Below the pieces are notes generated by a model, which worked only from the letters and a program-made list of their open reading frames with translations, did not search any database and had not been told where the DNA came from. A stretch of DNA of 64,000 bases from Deinococcales bacterium (GTDB lineage Bacteria; Deinococcota; Deinococci; Deinococcales; JAAFIG01), in assembly GCA_043778225.1 (NCBI GenBank), contig JAYWGM010000032.1, positions 32,001 through 96,000 on the forward strand, in the 5' to 3' direction. The position numbers and the translations under genes are program-made. Below are positions 55,892-64,000 of the stretch, piece by piece (position 1 is the stretch's first letter; every line of letters starts with the position of its first letter).

Positions 55892-56826
55892 GGACTCTTC
55901 TCTCTTCGGTCTGGTTTCGAGTTTTTGCTATCGCCACTCGAGCGTAGACGTGGGTCAAGGGCATCGCGCAGCACATCGCCAAGTGCATTAAACGACATCA
56001 CTGCACAAAGAATCATCAGCCCAGGGTAAATTGCTAATAACGGAGCGCTAAAGACATAATTTTGACTGGCGGTGAGCATATTGCCCCAAGAAGGGTCGGG
56101 TGGGCGGATACCAAGCCCAAGAAAACTAAGGCTGGCTTCATAGAGCATCACATTGCCAATACCAATGGTGGTCGCCACAATCAAGGATGGCATGACTTGT
56201 GGCAAAAGGTGGCGAAACATGACTCGAGTATCGTTTGCCCCAAGCCCAATCGCAGCTGTAATAAAGTCCAGACTCTTGAGGCGCATCACCTCGCCACGAA
56301 TTAACCGAGCAGGTCCCATCCAACGGGTCAAGCCAAGGGCTAAGACCAAAATAATCGGGCTTGCACCCCAGATGGCAACCACCACTAACAGTAAAAAAAA
56401 GACAGGCACACTCAGCATTCCATCGGTAAAGCGCATAATCAGGCGGTCGGTCAAGCCACCAAAAAAGCCAGAGATTAAACCTAAACTCGAGCCAAGCAGC
56501 ACCGTCAATAGCGCCGCACTTAAACCCACCATCAAAGAAACCCGCCCACCAGCAATCAAGCGTGCCAAGACATCACGTCCATTTTCGTCTGTGCCAAGTA
56601 GATTGATGCCATTTGGCGCGGCAAGTGGCTTACTCAAATCAATTCGTGTGGCTGAAGGTATTGGTAAAATTGGCTCGAGTACAATCAATGCCAAAACACA
56701 CAATAAAAATCCTGCTCCAAATAGGGCTAAGCGATTAGCGCATAAGCGTGTCCAAATGATGCTGCCAAGCGAACGCCCAGAAGCTCGAGTGACTGCCACG
56801 ACCGTTGTTTGCTTGGTCTGTTCCAT
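55888..56826 (-). CDS. Peptide ABC transporter permease (DppC/OppC type)
   Basis: LGTDENGRD, EASLSFLGLG, PSWGNML, LRDALDPR. Confidence 0.93.
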   Translation of the reverse strand: MEQTKQTTVVAVTRASGRSLGSIIWTRLCANRLALFGAGFLLCVLALIVLEPILPIPSATRIDLSKPLAAPNGINLLGTDENGRDVLARLIAGGRVSLMVGLSAALLTVLLGSSLGLISGFFGGLTDRLIMRFTDGMLSVPVFFLLLVVVAIWGASPIILVLALGLTRWMGPARLIRGEVMRLKSLDFITAAIGLGANDTRVMFRHLLPQVMPSLIVATTIGIGNVMLYEASLSFLGLGIRPPDPSWGNMLTASQNYVFSAPLLAIYPGLMILCAVMSFNALGDVLRDALDPRLRSSGDSKNSKPDRREKSP

Positions 56827-57770
56827 CAGTAGCGTATCCTAGGGTCAATCAAAACATACAGCGCGTCAATCACGAGATTACTAAAAATCACAGTGACCGA
56901 AATAAACATCGTGATTCCCAGAATTAGGGGTGCATCACGACCAATGGCAGCCTCAACTGCCATGCTGCCAATTCCGGGCCAAGCAAACAGCGATTCGATT
57001 ACGGCTGCACCTCCTACCAAACGCGGTAGAAATAGACCAAAAACCGTCAGCACTGGCACAAGGGCATTGCGAAAAACGTGTTTACCATGAACCACACTTT
57101 CTTTTAAGCCCTTGCCACGGGCGGTACGAACATAATCTTGGTTCATGCTCTCGAGCCAACTCGAGCGGGTATAGCGCATTAGTTCAGCCGTGGTTGAAGC
57201 TGATAACACAAGGGCTGGCAAAACCAGATACGATAAGCGGTCAAGCAGCGAAAAATCCGTGCCAACCGTCTGCATACCAGCCCCTGGTAAAATCCGCAAC
57301 TGCACGGCAAAAATAATAATCAAAACAATCCCAAGCCAAAACCCCGGGGTGGCTAAGCCAACAAAACTGACAAAACTTAAAGTTTGGTCAAGCCAACTGT
57401 TGGGCTGACGGGCGGCAATCACACCGCCCGTAAAACCAATCAAAAGGGTCAGTAATAAGGCTGCCCCACCAAGCAGTAAGGTAGCCGGTAAACGCTCGAG
57501 AATCATTTCGAGAACCGGACGACGAAAATTAAATGAACTGCCTAAATCAGCCCGTAATAGCCGTCCCATCCATTGGGTGTATTGCACAAAAACAGGTTGG
57601 TCAAGACCATAGCCGCGTTCAACGGTGGCACGTACCTCCGGGTCAAGGTTGGGGTCTGCCAGAATACTCAGGCTTCCGGGGGCTGACTGAATTAAAAAGA
57701 AAGTCGCAGTCAGCACCACAAAAACCACCGCTAAACTGGCAAGTCCTTGACGCAGCAGGTAATTAAACAT
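56826..57770 (-). CDS. Peptide ABC transporter permease (DppB/OppB type)
   Basis: GLDQP, DYVRTARGKG, IESLFAWPGIG, IDPRIRY. Confidence 0.93.
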   Translation of the reverse strand: MFNYLLRQGLASLAVVFVVLTATFFLIQSAPGSLSILADPNLDPEVRATVERGYGLDQPVFVQYTQWMGRLLRADLGSSFNFRRPVLEMILERLPATLLLGGAALLLTLLIGFTGGVIAARQPNSWLDQTLSFVSFVGLATPGFWLGIVLIIIFAVQLRILPGAGMQTVGTDFSLLDRLSYLVLPALVLSASTTAELMRYTRSSWLESMNQDYVRTARGKGLKESVVHGKHVFRNALVPVLTVFGLFLPRLVGGAAVIESLFAWPGIGSMAVEAAIGRDAPLILGITMFISVTVIFSNLVIDALYVLIDPRIRY

Positions 57771-57772
57771 TG

Positions 57773-59383
57773 CTAACGCGCCATCCAGAGCTTAAAGGCA
57801 TAGGGCATGGCATCTTTAATGTTGTAGGGTGGCACATTGCGTAAACGCGCACTCGAGGCGGTCATACGTTCACGAAATAGCAGAATCATATTGGGTGGGT
57901 CGTCGTACAATGCTTGTTGGATTTGTGCCAGCACCGCAATTTGTTGGTTGCGGTCGGCGGTTGCAACCAAGCGCCCCAATAAGTTATCCACCCGTGGATT
58001 GTTGTAGGCTTGTCCGTTGTTTTGTCCAACGCTTAAAAACAGCCTTTGAATCCAGTCAATGTTAGGAATCGGAAAAGAAGCAAGGCGGGTTTGAAATGTG
58101 CCTTTGGTGGTTTCCTCGAGCCAGCGACCGCCGCGTTCTGCGAGGTCGTAAGTCACTTTCATGCCAATATCGCTAAAGTATTGTTGCAAAATCAGTCCAA
58201 ATTGCTCGCGCTGCACATCACCTTTGTCTACTAAAATCTTAAATTCAAAGATTTTGCCGTCTTTCTCGAGGATACCGCTACTGTTGGGTCGCCAGCCAGC
58301 TTCGGCAAGTAAGGCTTTGGCACGGGTTGGGTCGTATTCACGGAATTTAACTTCGGGACGTGGAACCCAAGTTAAACCTTTAGGAATATACAAATCGTCT
58401 ATATAACCAAGGTTTGGTGAAACAGTCTGAGCAGCTTTACGGCGGTCTACCGCGTGCATCATGGCTTGGCGTACCTTCAGGTCTTGAAAAATCGGTAAGC
58501 GCAAATTCCAAGCAAAAATCTGATAGCCAAGGCTGTCAAAGGTGGTGACTTTAATGTTTTGGTTGGCTCGGACGGCGTTCAGTTGTGGAGCTTCGATGTC
58601 TACCCAGTCTAATTGTCCAGTCAAGAGTTGGGTCACCCGTGTGTTACCGTCTGGCACAATCTTAAAGGTAATACCATCAAGGTTAGGACGACCTAAGAAA
58701 AACTGTGGGTTTGCCTCGAGTTCAAAAAATTGCCCCGGTACAGCCCGTTTCATCTTAAATGCGCCATTGCCAATTGGGGTGCGGGTGTTAAAAGCGGTTG
58801 CATCTTTGAGGCGCTTAAAGCCACTCAAAACGTGTTTTGGCAAAATTTCGCTGCCACCCAGCGCCAAGCGGTCATCAAAAAAAGCGTCGGGTGAGTTCAA
58901 AAAGACCCGTACCGAATAGCCACCAATCACTCGAACTTCTTTGACTTTGCGAAAATCTGGTAGGTTGGTTGCCCCTTCTTCTGGGTCGCGCAAGCGGTCA
59001 AAGGTAAATTTGACATCTTCGGCAGTTACGGCTTTACCATCGTGCCAACGGGCATTGCGCCGTAAATTAAAAGTCCATTCGGTCAGTGCGGCATTGCTCG
59101 AGTAACTTTGAGCCAAGTATGGCTCGAGTTTTAAGGTGTATGGATTGACGGCAGTCAGTGGACTAAACATCGTCCAATTGACAATCGTAGCGGCTAATTC
59201 GGCAGGCAAAATCGGGTTAAACGAACCCGGCTGAGTCGCCAATGGAATCTCGAGGATTCCTCCTTTTTGGATTTCGCTCTGCGCTTGGGTACCAGTTTGT
59301 GTCAGCACTAGGGCTGTGGCACAAAGCACAGTACCAAGTGCGGCGAAGCGTAAGAACTTCAATCCATCGTAACGAATTCCCAT
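57773..59383 (-). CDS. Peptide ABC transporter substrate-binding protein (family 5)
   Basis: WHDGKAVTAEDVKFT, PIGNGAF, AKALLAEAGW; RBS GGAGG before MGIRY. Confidence 0.92.
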   Translation of the reverse strand: MGIRYDGLKFLRFAALGTVLCATALVLTQTGTQAQSEIQKGGILEIPLATQPGSFNPILPAELAATIVNWTMFSPLTAVNPYTLKLEPYLAQSYSSNAALTEWTFNLRRNARWHDGKAVTAEDVKFTFDRLRDPEEGATNLPDFRKVKEVRVIGGYSVRVFLNSPDAFFDDRLALGGSEILPKHVLSGFKRLKDATAFNTRTPIGNGAFKMKRAVPGQFFELEANPQFFLGRPNLDGITFKIVPDGNTRVTQLLTGQLDWVDIEAPQLNAVRANQNIKVTTFDSLGYQIFAWNLRLPIFQDLKVRQAMMHAVDRRKAAQTVSPNLGYIDDLYIPKGLTWVPRPEVKFREYDPTRAKALLAEAGWRPNSSGILEKDGKIFEFKILVDKGDVQREQFGLILQQYFSDIGMKVTYDLAERGGRWLEETTKGTFQTRLASFPIPNIDWIQRLFLSVGQNNGQAYNNPRVDNLLGRLVATADRNQQIAVLAQIQQALYDDPPNMILLFRERMTASSARLRNVPPYNIKDAMPYAFKLWMAR

Positions 59384-59435
59384 ATGACCTCCAAAACGCA
59401 TGAATCGTTTACTTGAGTGATGATGAACCCAACAA

Positions 59436-59615
59436 AATATACCAGTACGCTAGTATATTATTCTCTTCTTTGGCAGTCTGTCAAGAATCATCTTACAATT
59501 TGCTGACATTGATAAAAATCTGTTTGTCACGACAAAATACTCTATTTTTGAAATCATCTTGACAATTTGAGCCTTGAGTTCTACAATTCTTAATTGTACC
59601 AGTACAATAGTACAA
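59436..59615. promoter_or_regulatory. Divergent promoters with two matching GntR-type operators
   Basis: Plus strand TTGACA(59559)-17-TACAAT(59582); minus strand TTGACA(59484)-18-TAATAT; operators AATATACCAGTACGCTAGTATATT (59436) and TTGTACCAGTACAATAGTACAA (59594). Confidence 0.8.
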
Positions 59616-59632
59616 TTTTTTAGGAGGAAGTC

Positions 59633-59842
59633 ATGGCTATCGTTCGTGTAGAAATTGCCAAGCGTCCACAACATCAGCGCGATGCAATCATTGAAGGTAT
59701 TACTCGAGTCTTGGTTGAAAACGGCGCACACACCGAAGGGGTTCAAGTGTTACTCTATGAACTCGAGATGGATGTTTGGGGTAAAGGCGGTCTAACATTT
59801 GCCGAACGTCAAAGACGACGTGAAGCTGGGGAGCAAATCTGA
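59633..59842 (+). CDS. 4-oxalocrotonate tautomerase family protein (Ala in place of Pro-1)
   Basis: IVRVE..R..QRDAIIEGITRVL..VQVLLYE..WGKGG; RBS AGGAGG. Confidence 0.8.
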   Translation: MAIVRVEIAKRPQHQRDAIIEGITRVLVENGAHTEGVQVLLYELEMDVWGKGGLTFAERQRRREAGEQI

Positions 59843-59883
59843 CTCGGGTCATTAAACGAAGTCCAGCCGAACCTCTGCCGTTA

Positions 59884-60858
59884 TTGGTTGCCGAGGAAGG
59901 TCATGAGCCGATTTATTTGCAAATCGCTCACCAGATTCGGCATCACATCATCAGCCGTCGGCTCGATGAAGGGGCGCGTTTGCCTTCAGTACGTGAAGTC
60001 GCGCAGCAGCTTGGAGTTAATGTTAATACTGTTGTACAGGCATACCGCACCTTACAACAAGATGGCTTAATTGACAGCACCGCCGGGCGCGGAACAGTGG
60101 TCAATGCCTTATCGCAAAGTGACAACAGCTATAACGAACGCCAAACGCTGCTGCTCGAGAGCCTAAGTTATGCTGTCATGCGCGGACGGGCGCTTGGTTT
60201 TGGGGCAATCGAATTAAAACAAGCCTTTCAAACTGCCCTGAATCTTTTACCGACACCTATACCCGCCGTGCTAATTGCCCCAACCGAAGACATTGGACGC
60301 AAGTATGCTGCCCAAATTCACAATGCACTTGGCATAAGAAGCCAAACGCTACATCCTTTTACGCTCGAGCAACTCCAGTCTGGTTTGCCCGCGCTGCTCA
60401 AGCTACTCGAGGTTGCTTACCATATTGTGACCTTCACCTTGCTTGTTCCAGCCACACGCCGCGCCCTTGAAGCTCAAGGTCTTCATGCCAATGTGATTGG
60501 TATTACTGCTGAAGCCAGCCATAAAACTTTAGCGGGCTTAAAAAACTTACCGCCGCAGGGTCGTTATGGACTGGTCACCGAAGAGCGCAATGTCAGCACT
60601 TTTTTATCAATTTTGCAACAGCACAGTCAAATAGATCACCACCAAGTCAAGGTTTTTCTACCCGAGTCGCTCGAGCAACTTAAAAAGGCTTTGCCAAACC
60701 TTGATACAGTCTTGTATTCGTTGGGTGTTAAAAAACTGCTTGACAACGCAGCCATACCCCAGACCATGCGTTTTGAACTTGAGTTTGAAATCAGTCAAGA
60801 CGCTGTCTTTCGCTTGCATTCAATTTTCAACCCAACGGCTTTGGCATTAGCCGACTAA
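59884..60858 (+). CDS. GntR family regulator with large C-terminal domain
   Basis: PIYLQI..LPSVREVAQQLGVNVNTVVQAYRTL..GRGT. Confidence 0.9.
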   Translation: MVAEEGHEPIYLQIAHQIRHHIISRRLDEGARLPSVREVAQQLGVNVNTVVQAYRTLQQDGLIDSTAGRGTVVNALSQSDNSYNERQTLLLESLSYAVMRGRALGFGAIELKQAFQTALNLLPTPIPAVLIAPTEDIGRKYAAQIHNALGIRSQTLHPFTLEQLQSGLPALLKLLEVAYHIVTFTLLVPATRRALEAQGLHANVIGITAEASHKTLAGLKNLPPQGRYGLVTEERNVSTFLSILQQHSQIDHHQVKVFLPESLEQLKKALPNLDTVLYSLGVKKLLDNAAIPQTMRFELEFEISQDAVFRLHSIFNPTALALAD

Positions 60859-60885
60859 ATAATTCAGACCATCTTGGAGGTTTTT

Positions 60886-61719
60886 GTGAGTAGTCCCGCT
60901 CGTTATGTCTATTTGGGTCGGCTTAAAGCCTACCTCAATAAATTTGATCAATCGCTCGAGGTTTTTAGCCAAGGTTTAGAGCAATTCCCGAGTAGTCCGC
61001 ATTTATACCGCCACAGGGCGCACCGTTTTATTACCTTGCGTGATTTTGACAATGCCATTTTGGATTTTGAAAAAGCCATTGAACTGACCCGCAATATGCC
61101 GGATGAAATCGAATATTATCAACCACAAGTCGAGCGCGATATTGCCCATTTGATCCTTGACCAAGCTGACCAAATTCAGACCGAACCAACCCTAATTACC
61201 CCAGAAACACTCAAGCGCTTAAAAGATACCTATAAAAGCACCCTGAAATCGAGTATCTACTACCATTACGGCTTAGCTTACTATCTCAAAAGCGATTTTG
61301 AAAAAGCCGCCCAGATTTACCGCGAAACCCTGACCCATTGTGTGGATGACGACATGAGAGCCGCGACCACCGATTGGTTGTATATGAGCTTGCGCCGATT
61401 GGGGCAAATAGCTGAAGCCGCGATTGTCCTTAAAACCATCCATCCCGAAATGCACATTGTTGAGTCGTCGTATTTTAAGCGCTTATTGATGTATCAAGGT
61501 CTGGTCAAACCCGAAGAATTACTACCCGAAAATGCCGATTCTTCCAGAGAAATCGCCACCCAAGGCTATGGTTTAGGCAATTGGTACTTTTATAACAACG
61601 ACCTCGAGCAAGCTAAAAAGACCTTTCAGCGCGTACTTAACCTCAAACAGACCAGTGCCTTTGGTCATATTGCCGCAGAACTCGACATCGAGCGCCATCT
61701 CCAAGGGGTATCTATATGA
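60886..61719 (+). CDS. TPR-repeat protein
   Basis: YRHRAHRFITLRDFDNAILDFEKA, YYHYGLAYYL, YGLGNWY; RBS GGAGG before GTG. Confidence 0.8.
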   Translation: MSSPARYVYLGRLKAYLNKFDQSLEVFSQGLEQFPSSPHLYRHRAHRFITLRDFDNAILDFEKAIELTRNMPDEIEYYQPQVERDIAHLILDQADQIQTEPTLITPETLKRLKDTYKSTLKSSIYYHYGLAYYLKSDFEKAAQIYRETLTHCVDDDMRAATTDWLYMSLRRLGQIAEAAIVLKTIHPEMHIVESSYFKRLLMYQGLVKPEELLPENADSSREIATQGYGLGNWYFYNNDLEQAKKTFQRVLNLKQTSAFGHIAAELDIERHLQGVSI

Positions 61720-62759
61720 TTGCCAACCGTGAAAACCGAGGCTTCCACGCCATTCTCGAGAACCCACCGCCGTACCCGTTTGTCGATGCCTGTATTCAAG
61801 CCTGGCCCGATGCCGATTATGCCAATGCTCACCGACATGGCGCAACAGCGTATTGTGTGACGGCTTTTCATCCACAAAAAACCCTTGAGGAATCGCTCGA
61901 GGAAATCATGTACTGGCACTTGATTGCTCGCCGTAACCCCAATCTGCGGGTGGCAACCACGGCTGCCGACATCGTTGAAGCCCACCAACAAGGGCAAGCC
62001 TGTTTTGTGCTGGCATCTCAAGACGGCGAATTTATCTGGGGCAAACTACACCGCCTTGAAGCCTTTGCCCGCCTTGGAATGCGAATTATGATTCCAGCCT
62101 ATAATCGCAATAACCTGATTTGTGGAGGCTGTCTGGACTTGGGCGATGTTGGACTAAGCCAGTTTGGGCATTTGGTGATCGAAGAATGTAATCGCCTTGG
62201 AGTGCTGCTTGACTGCAGCCATGTCAGCCGCCGAGCCAGTTTTGAAATCATCGAAAAAAGCACTCAGCCTGTTATTTTTAGTCATTCAAACCCAAGTCAA
62301 TTGGCACAAAATCCACGCAACATAGACAACCAGCAAATTCTGGCTTGTGTCGCTAAAGGTGGTATTATTGGGGCGGTCAATTGGGGACCGCTCGCCCAAA
62401 AAACCGAACAGAATGTTCGCCCAACCTTATCGGATTTTCTTGACCATATCGATTATCTGTGTAACTTGGTTGGCAATGCTGACCATGTTGGCATTGGTAG
62501 CGACATGAGCCTTGGTTCTTATCCAGACCATACCTACGATGTCTGGGGACACCCCAATTATCCAAATACCATGGCAAAGTACAATCAAGCTGTGCCAATC
62601 GCTTTTCGTTCACCACTGCGCTACACCGAAGGATTCGATAGTTTTTCGCAAATTAACGATGTGATTCTTGGACTCGAGGCACGCAAATACACCTCGGAGC
62701 AAATCGCAGGTATTCTTGGCGGCAATTTAATTCGGGTATTTTCTACAGTCTGGAAATAA
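61716..62759 (+). CDS. Membrane dipeptidase (peptidase M19) family protein
   Basis: GLSQFG, LDCSH, FSHSN, RNIDN, HIDY, HVGIGSD, ILGGN. Confidence 0.88.
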   Translation: MIANRENRGFHAILENPPPYPFVDACIQAWPDADYANAHRHGATAYCVTAFHPQKTLEESLEEIMYWHLIARRNPNLRVATTAADIVEAHQQGQACFVLASQDGEFIWGKLHRLEAFARLGMRIMIPAYNRNNLICGGCLDLGDVGLSQFGHLVIEECNRLGVLLDCSHVSRRASFEIIEKSTQPVIFSHSNPSQLAQNPRNIDNQQILACVAKGGIIGAVNWGPLAQKTEQNVRPTLSDFLDHIDYLCNLVGNADHVGIGSDMSLGSYPDHTYDVWGHPNYPNTMAKYNQAVPIAFRSPLRYTEGFDSFSQINDVILGLEARKYTSEQIAGILGGNLIRVFSTVWK

Positions 62760-62771
62760 TACCAATTTTGC

Positions 62772-62802
62772 GTTTAAGTGAGGCATTTCGCCTCACTTAA
62801 AC
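62772..62802. terminator. 13-bp perfect hairpin after the dipeptidase gene
   Basis: GTTTAAGTGAGGC-ATTTC-GCCTCACTTAAAC. Confidence 0.7.
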
Positions 62803-62875
62803 AGCACGCTCTAAAATGAATCGAAAAGTTCTTAGCTACTCGAGCCACACCACTTTTGCGGTAAACTCGAGTACG

Positions 62876-63925
62876 ATGATAGAACTACAGGTCAATTTAC
62901 AACCCGCCTACCCGATTTTAATTGCTCGAGATGCTTTTTTATCGGTGCGAATACCAGAACGCCGCGTGGCGCTGCTGTGCGACGAACGTATCGCACCGTT
63001 GTATGCTCCAGCCTTGGTCTCGAGTCTCGAGCGAGGTGGCTCGGAGGTGCATTTATTGCTTGTGCCAAGTGGCGAAGCCGCCAAAACGCTCGAAGTTCAT
63101 GCAAAACTATTGTCGGAACTTGCCCAACTTGGGCTAACTCGAGACAGTGCTGTGGTGGCGCTGGGTGGCGGCGCAACCTCGGACTTGGCGGGTTATGTGG
63201 CTGCCAGTTATTTGCGCGGTATTGCTTTTTATGTTTGTCCGACCACACTGCTGGCGATGGTAGATGCCAGTGTTGGTGGTAAGACTGGGGTCAATCTGCC
63301 CCAAGGTAAGAATTTAGTCGGCGCGTTTCATCAGCCGCGTGCTGTTTTTATGAACACCAGTAGCCTCGAGTCACTACCAAGTGCCACTTTCCGCGAAGGT
63401 GCAGCCGAACTTTTTAAGCATGGTTTGATTGCCGACTCTAAACTCTGCCAACTGGTTCTCGAGGCTGGATTTAATGCCCAGCACCCGAGGCTCGAGACGA
63501 CACTAGCCTCTGGAGTACAAGTCAAAATAGATATTGTGCAGCAAGACCCGTTTGAGCAAAATATACGGGCTTTCTTGAATTTTGGACACACGCTGGCTCA
63601 TGCACTCGAGGCAATCACCCACCATGCTATTCCACATGGAGAGGCAGTCGGTTATGGAATGCACTATGCGGCGCTGCTTGGTAAAACCCTTGGTTATGCT
63701 GATGTGACCCACTTAACAAACGCCTTTCTCGAGTACCAAAAGCCAACCGCCTTACCAAGTCTGGAATGGATTAAAATTCGTGATTTTATGGCACGCGATA
63801 AAAAAGCCGACCAAACAGGAGTACGTTTTGTGCTGCTCGAGGATGTTGCCAAGCCTAAGCTCGAGCGTGTGCCAGAAGCGGCGCTCGAGATGGCTTGGGC
63901 AGCATTCAAAACCCCGAAGGTTTAA
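62876..63925 (+). CDS. aroB: 3-dehydroquinate synthase
   Basis: PTTLLAMVDASVGGKTGVN, KNLVGAFHQP, LNFGHTLAHALE, HGEAV, RDKK. Confidence 0.96.
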   Translation: MIELQVNLQPAYPILIARDAFLSVRIPERRVALLCDERIAPLYAPALVSSLERGGSEVHLLLVPSGEAAKTLEVHAKLLSELAQLGLTRDSAVVALGGGATSDLAGYVAASYLRGIAFYVCPTTLLAMVDASVGGKTGVNLPQGKNLVGAFHQPRAVFMNTSSLESLPSATFREGAAELFKHGLIADSKLCQLVLEAGFNAQHPRLETTLASGVQVKIDIVQQDPFEQNIRAFLNFGHTLAHALEAITHHAIPHGEAVGYGMHYAALLGKTLGYADVTHLTNAFLEYQKPTALPSLEWIKIRDFMARDKKADQTGVRFVLLEDVAKPKLERVPEAALEMAWAAFKTPKV

Positions 63926-63935
63926 TTTCGGGGTT
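63908..63935. terminator. Hairpin overlapping the aroB stop
   Basis: AAACCCCGAA-GGTTTAAT-TTCGGGGTTT. Confidence 0.65.
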
Positions 63936-64000
63936 TGTTGAGCCTTGTTACTTGAGGGTTTTAGCGACGAGTTGCAACTTCTTTGCCTTCTTTAGTCGCC

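Noticed and set aside
56153..56842. Long antisense ORFs (also 8169-8825 and 37446-38081)
   Set aside because: Shadow frames of well-supported genes, with no motifs or translation signals.
1..64000. CTCGAG abundance as an XhoI cloning or concatenation artefact
   Set aside because: Sites lie inside intact, conserved reading frames without breaking them.
63936..64000. 3' end of a minus-strand gene at the window edge
   Set aside because: A short basic frame ending RLKKAKKVATRR-stop is possible but too short to support a call.

Overview
Bacterial chromosomal window, most likely Deinococcota. This is inferred from many leaderless genes (a TANNNT -10 box 5-7 nt before the start codon), an RDRM-like palindrome upstream of uvrB, and the gene content. 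Housekeeping genes (lon C-terminus, recN, an addB-like gene, deoD, cax, tRNA-Val, intein-containing uvrB, a DEAD-box helicase, aroB) are interleaved with accessory blocks. (1) An 8.7 kb element is integrated in tRNA-Val(CAC). It carries a Rep_trans rolling-circle initiator with an internal ICEBs1/Tn916-type nick hairpin, a PIN toxin-antitoxin pair, divergent RHH regulators and a tyrosine integrase, but no recognisable capsid or conjugation genes. (2) A TetR-controlled operon encodes an MMPL/RND transporter, cytochrome c, a PHM/DBH-type copper monooxygenase, a LolA-like protein and an outer-membrane barrel. (3) A translationally coupled triad encodes a MoxR-like AAA ATPase, an LRV-repeat protein and an HExxH-vWA protein. 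(4) Four tandem S41 proteases are flanked by TA modules and antitoxin relics. (5) A GntR-controlled peptide-uptake/catabolic island follows. The hexamer CTCGAG is very strongly over-represented across the whole window. All calls come from reading motifs by eye; no database search was run.
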